From Chloroflexota bacterium (GTDB lineage: Bacteria > Chloroflexota > Limnocylindria > Limnocylindrales > CSP1-4): DNA of 64,000 bases. The position numbers and the translations under genes are program-made. This document shows, piece by piece, positions 41,203 through 51,604 of the stretch. The notes under the pieces are model-generated. The model did no database searches. It saw nothing but the letters and a program-made list of their open reading frames with translations, and was not told the DNA's origin. How positions within the stretch are numbered: the stretch's first letter is position 1; each line of letters begins with the position of its first letter. The DNA lies in the NCBI GenBank assembly GCA_021785175.1, contig JAJYGH010000068.1, positions 137 through 64,136 of the forward strand, read 5' to 3'.

Positions 41203-43352
41203 GAGCGGCCGGCGCCGACGGTGCGCCGCGACTCGAGCTCCACGACCTTGTTCTGGGGGTACTCGATCCGCCGGTGGTACATCCCGAGCAGCTGCGCGAC
41301 GAACGCCTCCCGGATACGCTCGAGGTCGCGGAGCGTCAGGTCGCACTCGTCGAACTGGCCGTCCTCGAGCCGCTCGCGGATGATGCGGTTGACCATGGCC
41401 CGGATCGACGCCTCGTCGTGGCCCGTCAGGGAGCGCACGGACGCCTCGACGCCGTCGGCCAGCATGAGGATCGCCGCTTCCCTGCTCTGCGGCTTCGGTC
41501 CGGCGTGTCGGAAGCGCGCCTGGTCGATCGAGGTCGCGACGGCCTCCGCCTCCGGCGAACCCGGCACCGCCCCCGCCGCCGCCACCGCCTGTTCCTGAGC
41601 CTTCGCATAGAAGTAGCTCATGAGCGCCGTGCCGTGGTGCTGCGGGATGAACGCGATGATCGCCTTGGGCAGCCCGTACTGGTACGCCAGGTCGATCCCG
41701 TTCGCGACGTGCGCCTTCAGCACCGCCGTGGATTCCTCCGGCGTCAGCAGGTCGTGGACGTTTCCGATGTTCGCCTGGTTCTCGATGAACGCCGTGGGGT
41801 TGGCGAGCTTCCCGATGTCGTGGTAGTAGGCGGCGACGCGCCCGAGCAGCGGGTCGGCGCCGATCGCCTCGGCCGCGCGCTCCGCGAGGTTGCCCACCAT
41901 GAGCGAGTGGTGGTACGTGCCGGGGGTCTCGAGCAGCAGCCGGCGCAGGAGCGGCTGGGACGGGTTCGCGAGCTCGAGCAGCTGGAAGCTCGTCGTGATC
42001 CCGAACAGGTTGCCGAGCACGGCGAACGACCCGACGGCGACGACCGACGCCCCGCCCGCCGAGGCCACCGACGCGCCCCACAGCTGCAGCACGCCGGTCA
42101 GGTCGCGCTCGCCGAGCAACGTGAAGATCGCGACCACAGCGCCGTTCACGATCGCCATGGCGACCGCCGCCTGCACGAAGTGGTGGAACCGGTCGCCGTG
42201 GTAGAGCGCGACGATCCCGACGAGTCCGCCGAGGAACACGTACGTCGACAGCTCGACCGTGCCCGACACCGCCCCGGCGAGCACCGAGAGCGTCGCCAGC
42301 ACGACGATCGCCGATCCGCTGTCGAGCAGGATCGTCAGCAGCAGCCCGACAGCCGCGACCGGGATGAAGAACGGCAGCAGGGAACGCCCCGCGGTGAGCT
42401 TCAGGGCCAGCACGGCGACGGCCAGGAGCAGCCCGACGAGCAGCAGGGCGTTGTTGCGGTGCCAGAACTCGGGCCGGTAGCGCCACACCCACCCGAGCAG
42501 CAGCGCGACCACGAGCGCGGAGAGCAGCAGCCACCCGGCGAGCTTTGCGGGGTCGGGCTGGGCGTTCTCGAGTCCGAGCGCCTGGATCTTCTCCAGGGCT
42601 GTCGGCGAGATGCTGTGCCCCTGGTCGACGATGACCTCGTCCTGCTTGACCGTCACGGTCACCGGCGTGGTGTGCTGCAGTGCAGCCTGGCGCGCGGCCT
42701 GCGTCGCCGCGTCGTCGTACGACGAGTTCGCGATCAGGAGCGGCTCCATGATCTCCCCCGCCAGCGCGCGCTGGTCGGCGGGGAGGGCGGGCGGCAGGGC
42801 CTGCGGCAACGCGAGCCGTGCGGGGATCAGCTCCGAGTCGCGGACCTCGCCCTGCTCGGTCGTGTCCAGGACCTGGCGCATCTCGTCACGCAGATTCGTC
42901 CACTGGTCGCGCGTGAGGTTCTGGAGCGTGGCGAGGGCCGTGGCCGACAGGCTCGGCATCGCACCGGCGAGCGCGGCACGGCGCGCCGCGTCCGACAGCA
43001 CGGCCCCGAACGCGGCGTCGACCGGGGCGACGATGTGGTCGAACTCCGCGGTCTGGCGCGCCGCGGCGAGGTCGCCCTTCTGCGGCGTGTAGTCGTACTG
43101 CGGCGGCACCGCGGCGACGGCGGCATCCTGCGCCTGCGTCGTCAGGATCGCGCTGACGAACGTGACCGCGCGAGGAGCGCGGATCGTCGCTGGCGCAATG
43201 TCCCCGACCGACACGTGGTACGCGGTCGGGATGATGTCGATCGAGAGGATCGCGGTGAGCGCCACGATCAGGATCGACGCGCTGATCGCCAGGCGGAGCC
43301 CGTCGCGCCGCGTGAAGGCGGGGAGCCTGACACGCGACTGGGTCGCGAGCAT
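41199..43352 (-). CDS. 7TM-receptor HD-domain phosphohydrolase (PgpH/YqfF-like)
   Basis: 717 aa. An N-terminal extracytoplasmic region is followed by about 7 hydrophobic helices and an HD domain (HHSLMVGNLAE...AYYHDIGK). Confidence 0.9.
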   Translation of the reverse strand: MLATQSRVRLPAFTRRDGLRLAISASILIVALTAILSIDIIPTAYHVSVGDIAPATIRAPRAVTFVSAILTTQAQDAAVAAVPPQYDYTPQKGDLAAARQTAEFDHIVAPVDAAFGAVLSDAARRAALAGAMPSLSATALATLQNLTRDQWTNLRDEMRQVLDTTEQGEVRDSELIPARLALPQALPPALPADQRALAGEIMEPLLIANSSYDDAATQAARQAALQHTTPVTVTVKQDEVIVDQGHSISPTALEKIQALGLENAQPDPAKLAGWLLLSALVVALLLGWVWRYRPEFWHRNNALLLVGLLLAVAVLALKLTAGRSLLPFFIPVAAVGLLLTILLDSGSAIVVLATLSVLAGAVSGTVELSTYVFLGGLVGIVALYHGDRFHHFVQAAVAMAIVNGAVVAIFTLLGERDLTGVLQLWGASVASAGGASVVAVGSFAVLGNLFGITTSFQLLELANPSQPLLRRLLLETPGTYHHSLMVGNLAERAAEAIGADPLLGRVAAYYHDIGKLANPTAFIENQANIGNVHDLLTPEESTAVLKAHVANGIDLAYQYGLPKAIIAFIPQHHGTALMSYFYAKAQEQAVAAAGAVPGSPEAEAVATSIDQARFRHAGPKPQSREAAILMLADGVEASVRSLTGHDEASIRAMVNRIIRERLEDGQFDECDLTLRDLERIREAFVAQLLGMYHRRIEYPQNKVVELESRRTVGAGRS

Positions 43353-43822
43353 CAGCCGCCGCCGCCCGACCGGGCGCGCCGCTCCAGCTCGTGCGTGACG
43401 AGCACGTGCACCTGCCGGCCGTCCGCGCGCCCCTTCACGCGCGGAGCCAGGATCTTCATGACGCGACCGGTGTCGCGCGGCGACGTCGCGCCGGACTCGT
43501 CGACGGCCTGGGCGACGAGCGCGTCGAGCTGCGCGTCGTCGAGCTGCGCCGGCATGTAGGGCGCGAGCGCGTCGAGCTTGCGCTGCTCCTGGGCCGCCAG
43601 GTCCGGGCGGCCGCCGGCCGCGAACGCCTCGAGCGACTCGCGCCGGGTGCGGATCTCGCGCGTCAGCACGCCGATCTCCTCGTCGGAGCCCAGCGGGTGA
43701 CGCGCGTCCTTCTCCGCGCGCTGGATCGCGGCCACCGCCATGCGCAGCGCGTCGCGGCGAACGTCGTCTCGTTCGCGCATCGCCTCTGTCATCCCGGCCT
43801 GCAGCCGCTGTGCGAGTGTCAC
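43352..43822 (-). CDS. GatB/YqeY domain protein
   Basis: GTG at 43822 gives VTLAQRLQAGMTEAMRERDDVRRDALRMAVAAIQRAEKD...GRVMKILAPRVKGRADG. Confidence 0.85.
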   Translation of the reverse strand: MTLAQRLQAGMTEAMRERDDVRRDALRMAVAAIQRAEKDARHPLGSDEEIGVLTREIRTRRESLEAFAAGGRPDLAAQEQRKLDALAPYMPAQLDDAQLDALVAQAVDESGATSPRDTGRVMKILAPRVKGRADGRQVHVLVTHELERRARSGGGG

Positions 43823-43880
43823 GGGTGGTGGCTCCGCGCGCCGCCGGCGTGTGAGCACGACGGCGCGGACATCGCGGACG

Positions 43881-43900
43881 CGGAAGGATCGTTCCTTCCG
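43881..43900 (-). terminator. weak hairpin between rpsU and yqeY (possible attenuator)
   Basis: cggaagga-tcgt-tccttccg forms an 8-bp stem. It lies 14 nt past the rpsU stop. Confidence 0.3.
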
Positions 43901-43913
43901 GTCCCCGGACGAC

Positions 43914-44093
43914 CTAGCCCTGGCGGGCGGCCTTCTTGCGCTTCGCTTCCTTGCGCTTGCGCTTGACGCTCGGCTTCTCGTAGTGCTCGCGGCGTCGAGC
44001 CTCTGCCAGGATCCCGCTCTGCTGGATCTTCTTGTTGAAGCGGCGGAGCGCGCTCTCGAAGGTCTCGTTCTCCCCGACGCGGACTTCAGCCAA
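43914..44093 (-). CDS. rpsU: 30S ribosomal protein S21 (TTG start)
   Basis: (L/M)[67 protein letters not shown] lies 8 nt upstream of TTG 44093. Confidence 0.9.
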   Translation of the reverse strand: MAEVRVGENETFESALRRFNKKIQQSGILAEARRREHYEKPSVKRKRKEAKRKKAARQG

Positions 44094-44217
44094 TCCGGAT
44101 TCACCTCCCCTGGCCGGGACTTCGCCTCGCCACGCGGTCCGATGCCAGCGGACAGGCGCGTGCGCGCGGCTGACCGCGCGAGGGGCCGGCAGAGCATAGC
44201 CGAGGGTCTCGGGCGGG

Positions 44218-46980
44218 TCAACTCTCGACGAACTGGGGCAGCACGAACCTGAAGGCCGCCCCTCCCTCCGGGCGGTTCTCGGCCCACAGCCGTCCGCCCA
44301 TGGCCTCGACGAGCCGTCGCGCGACGAACAAGCCGATTCCGGCACCCGGGAGGCTGCTCGTCGCGTGGCCCCGCACGAACAGCTCGAACACCCGCTCGAG
44401 CTCGGACGGCTCGACGCCGGGCCCGTCGTCCAGCACGCTTGCGCGGACCTCGTCGTCGGTCGTCTCGATCCGCACGAGCACCTCGCGGCGGCCATACTTC
44501 GCGGCGTTGCCGATGAGGTTCCGCAGCACCTGTTCGAGGTAGCCTTCGTCGCCCGTCACCGGCGGGACATGCTCGGGGATCTCCGCGACGAAATGCCGGT
44601 CGGGCCACTCGGCGGTGAGCGCGGCGAGGACCGTCCGGAGCCGGTGCTGGAGCAGCGCCGCCCCGTTGACGGTGAGGTCGACGCCGCGTTCGGCGCGCGC
44701 CAGCACGAGCAGATCCTCGACGAGCCGCCCGAGCCGTTCCGACTCCCCCGCGATGTCGGACAGGATCTCGTCGTGCACGGACGCCGGAAGGTGAGCTCCC
44801 CGCGTCTGCAGCATCTTCGCCCCGCCGTAGATCGTCGTCACCGGCGTCCGAAGTTCGTGCGACAGCACGCCGACGAACGCCTCCCGCAGCTGCTCGGCCG
44901 ACCGGCGCTCCGTGATGTCCAGCGAGACGACGACCGCGCCGAGGAGCTGCCCCGAGCGGTCGCGGACCGGGGCGCTCGTCTGCATGACGATCGCGGAGGT
45001 GCCGTCGCGCCGCCGAAGCGCGATCTCCTCGTTCACGATCGGCTCGCCGGTCGCAAGACTGCGGACGACCGGCCAGTCCATGGGGCCGTACGGCGTCCCG
45101 TCGATTGCCCGCGCCTCCGGCTCGGCCTCGCCGGCCGGGGTTGCCCTCGCCGGCGACTCGTCCAGCTCCGACGGCGCGTCGCGGTCGCCGTCGCCGGGCG
45201 GGCCCGCGGCATTCGGGCCGCCGTCCGGGCCCCGTCGTGGCGCCTCTGGCACGCCCGCCCCGGGTCCCCGCCGGCCGCGGAACGTGGCGAGATCGGCCGC
45301 GTTCCGGTACAGCACCTCCCCTGAGCGGCCGACGACCGTCACGCCCACGGGCATCTGCGCGACGACCGCGTCGAGCATCCCCCGCGCCTCGCGCTCGGCC
45401 CTCGCGATCCGCAGCCGCTCCAGTGCATGCGCGCCCGCGTTGGCCATCGAGACGACGAAGGCCACCTCGTCCTGGTCGGGCTCGTGGTCCTTGGCGAACT
45501 GCAGGATGAGAGCGCCTGTCGACGCGCCGGCGCGACGCAGCGGGACGACGAGACGGCGGCCAGCCGCGGTCGCCATGGCCGCACCGTCCAACCCCGAGGC
45601 CCCCGGGTCCGCGGTCCCGAACCCGGCGCGCTCCGAGCCCGCGCCGTCGAGGAGTGTCGCATCCGGTCCGACCACGAACGGCTCGCCCGCCTCGATCCGG
45701 CGCAGCGCCGCTTCCGCGACCGTCACGCCCGCACCGGTCTCCTCGCGCTCACCCCTGCCGCCGCGTGCCGCCGCGATCCGGAACAACGGCGCCTCCCCGG
45801 CCGCGGACCGCGCGCCGAGGAGGAGCAGGCCACCGACCACGCCCGTCGTCCCCGAGACAGCCTCCAGGAGCGAGCCCGCAACCTCGTCGGACGTCGCGTC
45901 GAGCGCCGCGGCACTGAATCGGGCGAGCGCGAATGCCCGCTCTCGTGCCGTCTCGATCTGCGCCGTGCGCTCCCGCACGCGCCGCTCCAGGTCCTGCGCG
46001 CGCTGACGCTCGGCCCGCCGGCGGTCGGTCACGTCCCGCCACGTGTACGCGAGCCACTCCCCGGCGCGGTTCGCGCGGATGTCGAAGACGCGCGACATCC
46101 GGCGGCCGCCCCAGACATCCACGTAGTCGAGGTCGTCGAGCACGAGCGGCTCGCCGGTCTCCATGACGCGGGCGTACGACTCGAGCAGCCCGGCGCGTTC
46201 GTGCTCCGGGAGGACGTCCAGCAGCCGGCTGCCGACGAGGTCCTCGCGCCGCATCTGGTTCGCCGCGCACGCCGCCGCGTTCGCGTAGTCGTACACGAAG
46301 TCCACGATGCGACCGTCCGCGCCGCGGACGGGACGCAGCAGCACGAACGGGTCGAGGAGCGTCTCGAGCGAGGTCCTGAAGCGAGCCTCCGATGCCTCGA
46401 TGACCTGCGCCGCCCGCCGCCGTTCCGCCGCCGCCTCGAGCGCCTCGAGCCCGAGCGACACGTCGCGCGCGAGCTCCTCCAGCAGGTCGACCTCGCCCGG
46501 GCCGAACCCGCGCGGCTCGGACGCGTACACGCCCAGCACCCCGAACACCGTGCCCTCGCGGTGGAGGGGCAGGGCGGCGGACGAGCGGAAACCGCGCGCC
46601 AGCGCAGCCTCCCGCCACGGGGCCATCCTCGGGTCGCTCGCGATGTCGCGGCACACCTCGGTCCGGTCGCCGCGGATGGCCGCCGCGGTCGGGCCGTTCG
46701 ACTCGGGACCCTCGAGCCGGATCCGGAGCGACGCGATGTACCCGTCGTCGTGGCCCGCGGTTGCGACCGGCCGCACCTCGCCGGTCGCACGATCGATCAC
46801 GCCGGCCCAGGCCATCCGGAACCCGCCCACGTCGACCACCGTGGCGCACGCCGACTGGAGCAGCTCGATCTCGCTGTCGGCGCGCTCGATCGTCCGATTG
46901 ATGCGCGAGAGCGCCAGGTAGATCCGCGCGAGCGGCTCGAGCGAAGTGGGCGGTTCGTCGACACCTCGTGACATGGCCAC
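44218..46980 (-). CDS. soluble multi-domain sensor histidine kinase (GAF-PAS-GAF-like-PAS-HisKA-HATPase)
   Basis: 920 aa with no TM segment. H-box [13 protein letters not shown]-box [12 protein letters not shown]-box GAGIGLFV. No adjacent response regulator. Confidence 0.9.
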   Translation of the reverse strand: MAMSRGVDEPPTSLEPLARIYLALSRINRTIERADSEIELLQSACATVVDVGGFRMAWAGVIDRATGEVRPVATAGHDDGYIASLRIRLEGPESNGPTAAAIRGDRTEVCRDIASDPRMAPWREAALARGFRSSAALPLHREGTVFGVLGVYASEPRGFGPGEVDLLEELARDVSLGLEALEAAAERRRAAQVIEASEARFRTSLETLLDPFVLLRPVRGADGRIVDFVYDYANAAACAANQMRREDLVGSRLLDVLPEHERAGLLESYARVMETGEPLVLDDLDYVDVWGGRRMSRVFDIRANRAGEWLAYTWRDVTDRRRAERQRAQDLERRVRERTAQIETARERAFALARFSAAALDATSDEVAGSLLEAVSGTTGVVGGLLLLGARSAAGEAPLFRIAAARGGRGEREETGAGVTVAEAALRRIEAGEPFVVGPDATLLDGAGSERAGFGTADPGASGLDGAAMATAAGRRLVVPLRRAGASTGALILQFAKDHEPDQDEVAFVVSMANAGAHALERLRIARAEREARGMLDAVVAQMPVGVTVVGRSGEVLYRNAADLATFRGRRGPGAGVPEAPRRGPDGGPNAAGPPGDGDRDAPSELDESPARATPAGEAEPEARAIDGTPYGPMDWPVVRSLATGEPIVNEEIALRRRDGTSAIVMQTSAPVRDRSGQLLGAVVVSLDITERRSAEQLREAFVGVLSHELRTPVTTIYGGAKMLQTRGAHLPASVHDEILSDIAGESERLGRLVEDLLVLARAERGVDLTVNGAALLQHRLRTVLAALTAEWPDRHFVAEIPEHVPPVTGDEGYLEQVLRNLIGNAAKYGRREVLVRIETTDDEVRASVLDDGPGVEPSELERVFELFVRGHATSSLPGAGIGLFVARRLVEAMGGRLWAENRPEGGAAFRFVLPQFVES

Positions 46981-47029
46981 GGCAAGTGTAGGTCCGTCAC
47001 AGGCGGGAAGGGCTCGCTAGACTTCGCAC

Positions 47030-48862
47030 GTGGCGCCATCCCACTCCGACGTCGCGAGGTTCGCGTCCCTGCTGAACATCCTCGACGATGCGCTCGCACG
47101 CCGGCCCGAGCAGCCGGCCCTCGGCCTGCGCGGCGACGACGGCGTCGACTGGCACTGGACGTACCGGGAGCTGGGGCGGCGCTCGAAGCTCGCCGCGTTC
47201 CGCCTCCGTGCCGCCGGGCAGCGCCCGGGCGACCGCCTGATCACGTGGAGCCCGTCGAGTCCCGAGCTGCCCGCGGTGTACTTCGGGGCGATGCGCGCGC
47301 GGCTGGTCGTCGTGCCGCTCGACCTCCGGATGACGCCCGACACCGTGGCCCGGATCGTCGGCCGCGCCGGCGCCACGCTCGCCGTCCTCGGCACCGGCCG
47401 GGATGCCCCCGACCCGCGCGACTCGGGACTGGGCGACCTCCCGTTGACGACCACGACCGCGCTGACCGCCGAGCCGTCCACCGAACCGTCCGATCCCGCC
47501 TGGCTGCCGCCCGACTGGGAGGCGCAGGTGGATGCGTGGGAGCGACCGGGACGCGACGACCTCTTCGAGGTGGTGTTCACGTCGGGCACGACGGGCGTCC
47601 CGAAGGGCGTCATGCTCACGCACGGGGCGATCCTCTCGTCGATCGACGCGTTCGGACTCGTGATACCGCCGCTCGACCACCGGGTCGTGTCGCTGCTGCC
47701 GCTCTCCCACCTCATGGAGCAGGCGGCCGCGCTCTTCTACGCGACGCTCGTCGGCGCCGACGTCCTCTACATCCGGTCGCTCAACCCGCGCGTGATCTTC
47801 GAGGCGATCCGTGACCACCGCGTCACCACGCTCCTCGTCGTTCCCGCGGTCCTCGAGGTCTTCTGGAACGCGTTGATGCGCGAGGTGGACCGGCGCGGCC
47901 GGCGCGGCCAGTTCGAGCGCGCACGCCGGATCGCCCGGCACCTGCCGTACGCCGCGCGGCGGTGGATGTTCCGGAGCGTCCATCGGCAGTTCGGCGGCGA
48001 CTTCCGGCTCGCAGTCACGGCCGGCGCGTACCTGCCGCCCGCCCTCCAGGTGGGGTGGGAGGACCTGGGGGTGATCGTCCTGCAGGGCTACGGCGCGACC
48101 GAGTGCGGGATCGTCGCCTGCTCGACCTTCGACGACCACACGCCCGGGACCGTCGGCCGGGTGCCCTCGCCCTCGCCGATCCGGGTCCGGCTCTCGGACG
48201 ATGGTGAGATCCTCGTCGGCGGCCCGACGCTGTTCTCCGGGTACTGGGGAGACCCGGAGGCGACCGCCTCGGTGATGGACGCCGAGGGCTGGTACCACAC
48301 CGGCGACGTCGCGCGGTTCGACGAGCGCGGGAACCTCGTGCTGCTTGGCCGGGTCCGGAACGTCATCGTGCTGCCGAACGGCTTCAACGTGTTCCCCGAG
48401 GACATCGAGAACGCCCTCCACGACGCGGGCCTGCCGGAGACGGTCGTCGTCGAGACGGCTCCGGGGCGCATCGAGGCGATCGTGCTGCCACCCGGCCGGT
48501 CGACGATCGACCTGGCGGCGGGGCGCGGCGCAGGGACGGACGAGCACGCCGCAGGCCGCCCTGCGCCCCCGGCGCTCGCCGCTCGCCGTGCCGACGCACA
48601 TGGCGGCGTCCGTGCCGGCGCGTCGAACGGGGACGACGCACTCCGCATCCGCATCGATACCGCGGTGCGCGAGGCGAACGCGCACCTGTCGACCAACCAG
48701 CGGATCGAGGGGTGGCGGCTCTGGCCGGAACCGGACTTCCCGCGGACGCACACGCTGAAGGTCCGGCGCGACCAGGTCCAGGCGTGGGCGGCGTCGGAGG
48801 CGCCGCTGCCGATCGTCCACACGGAAGGCGCCGCGGGCGCTATCCGGGAGGCCAGGTCATGA
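47030..48862 (+). CDS. AMP-dependent acyl-CoA synthetase/ligase (long-chain type)
   Basis: 610 aa. AMP-binding motif FTSGTTGVPKGVMLTH, plus GYGATE and WYHTGD. Confidence 0.9.
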   Translation: MAPSHSDVARFASLLNILDDALARRPEQPALGLRGDDGVDWHWTYRELGRRSKLAAFRLRAAGQRPGDRLITWSPSSPELPAVYFGAMRARLVVVPLDLRMTPDTVARIVGRAGATLAVLGTGRDAPDPRDSGLGDLPLTTTTALTAEPSTEPSDPAWLPPDWEAQVDAWERPGRDDLFEVVFTSGTTGVPKGVMLTHGAILSSIDAFGLVIPPLDHRVVSLLPLSHLMEQAAALFYATLVGADVLYIRSLNPRVIFEAIRDHRVTTLLVVPAVLEVFWNALMREVDRRGRRGQFERARRIARHLPYAARRWMFRSVHRQFGGDFRLAVTAGAYLPPALQVGWEDLGVIVLQGYGATECGIVACSTFDDHTPGTVGRVPSPSPIRVRLSDDGEILVGGPTLFSGYWGDPEATASVMDAEGWYHTGDVARFDERGNLVLLGRVRNVIVLPNGFNVFPEDIENALHDAGLPETVVVETAPGRIEAIVLPPGRSTIDLAAGRGAGTDEHAAGRPAPPALAARRADAHGGVRAGASNGDDALRIRIDTAVREANAHLSTNQRIEGWRLWPEPDFPRTHTLKVRRDQVQAWAASEAPLPIVHTEGAAGAIREARS

Positions 48863-49241
48863 AGCGGCCGCCGAGCACGTGGAGGTGCAGGTGGCCGACG
48901 GTCTGGCCGCCATCCCGTCCGGCGTTCGACACCACGCGGAACCCCCGCTCGGCCACGCCTTCGCGGCGCGCGACTTCCCGAATGGCGGAGAAGATCCGCG
49001 CCAGCAGCAGGGCTTCTTCATCGCGGAGGTCCATGACGGACACGAGGTGGCGGCGAGGGATCACGAGCACGTGGACCGGCGCACGCGGCGCGATGTCCCG
49101 GAACGCGAGCACGTCGTCGTCCTCGTAGACGACGGCAGCGGGCAACCTGCCCGCGACGATCTCGCAGAACGGGCACTGGACCCGTGCCGCGACCGGTGCA
49201 TCTCGGTTCTCCGACGGCATCGATTCGTTGGCCACTCGCAC
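48840..49241 (-). CDS. HIT family (histidine triad) protein
   Basis: CPFCEIVAG...VHVLVIPRRH...GQTVGHLHLHVLGG. Confidence 0.9.
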   Translation of the reverse strand: MRVANESMPSENRDAPVAARVQCPFCEIVAGRLPAAVVYEDDDVLAFRDIAPRAPVHVLVIPRRHLVSVMDLRDEEALLLARIFSAIREVARREGVAERGFRVVSNAGRDGGQTVGHLHLHVLGGRFMTWPPG

Positions 49242-49371
49242 CCTCCTCTGTCGCGCCAGCAGGCGCTATCGTGCCATTCGCGGGCGTGCGGCGGGCCATC
49301 GGCGCGCTGGGTCGCTCGGCGGTGTCGTCGCCGTCGGCGGCGTCCGGGTCGGCTCGGCGGTGTCGTCGCCA

Positions 49372-50313
49372 TCACCCGACCCTGACCGCCTCGAGGGCGA
49401 CCCAGTCCCCCTCGTCCCACCGCCGGCGGAGCTCGAAACCTGCCCGCGCGAACGCGTCGCCGACCTCCTCCTCCCGCGGCGCGATGATCCCGCTGGCAAG
49501 CAGCCGGCCGCCCGATCGCGTCTCCCCGAACAGCGCGGGCGCGAGCGGCACGAGCACCGACGCGACGAGGTTCGCAAGCACGAGATCGAACGGCGGCTCA
49601 CCCGTCGGCACCGAGCCCCGACGCGAGCGGATCGATCCCGCGAGGCGGTTGCGGCGGGCATTCGCGCGCGTCGCCTCGACCGCCATCGGATCGGTGTCGA
49701 CCCCGAGCACCGACGCGGCACCGAGCCGCGCTGCCGCGAGTGACAGGATCCCCGATCCGGATCCGACGTCGAGGACACGCGCGCGGCCGAGCAGCGCCTC
49801 GTCCGCCCACGCCTCGAGCCCCAGCAGGCACAGCCGCGTGGTCGGGTGGAGGCCCGTGCCGAATGCCGCGCCGGCATCGAGCACGAGTGGCAGCTCGCCG
49901 GGAGCGGCGCGGTGGCGGCGCCATGCCGGCCGCACCACGAAGCGCCGTCCGATCCGGAGCACGGGGAAGTGCGCGCGCCCCTGCGCCGCCCAGTCGGTCG
50001 CACCGATGACCCGCGTGGAGAGCTCGCCGATCGGTCGAAGATCGAACGCCTGCAGGTGCCCGAGCGCCGTCCGGACCCGTTCGACCGCGTCGGCCGTGGC
50101 CGCGGCCCCCGGCCCCTCGAGCCACGCGCGGATGAGCACGGGCCGCGCCGTGTCGACCTCGACCGCCAGCCCCTCGTCGAGCAACTCGAAGCCGGGCTCG
50201 ATGCTGACCCCGCCGGGCACTTCTCGCGAAAGGATCGCACTGACGGTTTCGACCGCCTCGTGGTCGACCGCGACGGCGAGCTCCAGCCAGTCCTGCGGCG
50301 CGGTCTCCGGCAC
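49372..50313 (-). CDS. prmA: ribosomal protein L11 methyltransferase (start approximate; several in-frame GTGs between 50313 and 50334)
   Basis: WLELAVAVDHEAVETVS...GAAFGTGLHPTTRLCL...VLDVGSGSGILSLAAARLGA. Downstream of dnaJ, as in many monoderm genomes. Confidence 0.85.
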   Translation of the reverse strand: MPETAPQDWLELAVAVDHEAVETVSAILSREVPGGVSIEPGFELLDEGLAVEVDTARPVLIRAWLEGPGAAATADAVERVRTALGHLQAFDLRPIGELSTRVIGATDWAAQGRAHFPVLRIGRRFVVRPAWRRHRAAPGELPLVLDAGAAFGTGLHPTTRLCLLGLEAWADEALLGRARVLDVGSGSGILSLAAARLGAASVLGVDTDPMAVEATRANARRNRLAGSIRSRRGSVPTGEPPFDLVLANLVASVLVPLAPALFGETRSGGRLLASGIIAPREEEVGDAFARAGFELRRRWDEGDWVALEAVRVG

Positions 50314-50474
50314 GCCCGGCACGCCGCCCGGCACACCCGCGTCTGCGGGCTCGGACGCGACATCGTGCTGCGCGCCCGGGCGCCCGCGTCCCGCGACGTC
50401 ACCCCGTGCATCGGCGTCGCCGGCCCCGGCGCCCGCCACCTCCCCCGCGTGGCCCGGCAGATCGCCCCTCTCGT

Positions 50475-51590
50475 TCAGCTGATCGCGTCCTTCACCCGGT
50501 CGAGGATCCGGCCGGGCTTGGTCGGCCGCTCCCCGGACTCCGCGGCGAGCGCCTCGAGCAGCTCGCGCTGCCGCTTCGAGAGGCGCGTCGGAACGCGGAC
50601 ATCGACGCGGACGTGGAGGTCGCCGCGGACTCCCGGCCGGCGCAGGTGCGGCACGCCGCGGCCCCGAAGTCGAATCTCGGCGCCCGGCTGCGTCCCTGAC
50701 TTGACCTCGATCGCCTCGTCGCCCTCGGCCGTCGGGACCGTCACGCGCGCGCCGAGCGAAGCCTGCGTGATCGAGAGTGGCAGGTCGTAGTACAGCTCGG
50801 TCCCGTCGCGCCGCAGCGCGGGGTGCTCCTCGACGTGGACCGCGACATACAGGTTGCCCGCCGGGCCGCCGCGCGGTCCGGCCTCGCCCTCGCCCGTGAG
50901 CCGGACCTGGTGGCCCTCGTCGATCCCCGCCGGAATCTCGACGCGCAGCTTGCGCCGGCGCTGGACGCGCCCCTCGCCGTGGCACTCCTGGCACGACGTC
51001 TCGACGACGCTCCCCTCGCCGTGGCAGCGCGGGCATACCGTCACGTTCACCATCTGGCCGAGCATCGTGCTGCGAACCTGCCGGATCTCGCCCAGCCCGT
51101 TGCACTGCGGACAGCGCGTCGAGGTCGAGCCGGGCTCGGCGCCGGTGCCGGAGCACGTCGGGCAGCGGTCGAGCGCGGAGAACTCGATCTCCTTCTCCGT
51201 CCCCCGGATCGACTCCTCGAACGAGATCCTGAGGTCGTACCGCAGGTCGGAACCCGCGGGCGGCCTCGCGCGACGCGCCTGCGCACCGCCGGCCCCCGCA
51301 CCGAAGAACGCATCGAAGAGGTCCCCGAAGCCTCCGAACGGCCCGTACCCCTCGGGGCCGCCGTTGCCCACGCCGGCCCGCCCGAACATGTCGTACGCGC
51401 GTCGCTGCTGGGGATCGGACAGGACCTGGTAGGCCTCGTTGATCTCCTTGAACCGCTCCGGCGCCGACGGGTCCTTGTTGACGTCCGGGTGCCACTGCTG
51501 CGCGAGCTTGCGGAAGGCGCGCTTGATCTCGTCGTCCGGGGCGCCGCGCGGAACGCCGAGGACGTCGTAGTAGTCCCGACTGGTGGCCAT
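50475..51590 (-). CDS. dnaJ: molecular chaperone DnaJ (alternative ATG at 51596)
   Basis: MATSRDYYDVLGVPRGAPDDEIKRAFRKLAQQWHPDVN (J domain with HPD), a Gly-rich region and four CxxCxGxG zinc repeats. Confidence 0.95.
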   Translation of the reverse strand: MATSRDYYDVLGVPRGAPDDEIKRAFRKLAQQWHPDVNKDPSAPERFKEINEAYQVLSDPQQRRAYDMFGRAGVGNGGPEGYGPFGGFGDLFDAFFGAGAGGAQARRARPPAGSDLRYDLRISFEESIRGTEKEIEFSALDRCPTCSGTGAEPGSTSTRCPQCNGLGEIRQVRSTMLGQMVNVTVCPRCHGEGSVVETSCQECHGEGRVQRRRKLRVEIPAGIDEGHQVRLTGEGEAGPRGGPAGNLYVAVHVEEHPALRRDGTELYYDLPLSITQASLGARVTVPTAEGDEAIEVKSGTQPGAEIRLRGRGVPHLRRPGVRGDLHVRVDVRVPTRLSKRQRELLEALAAESGERPTKPGRILDRVKDAIS

Positions 51591-51604
51591 GCGCATTGAA
51601 GTAT

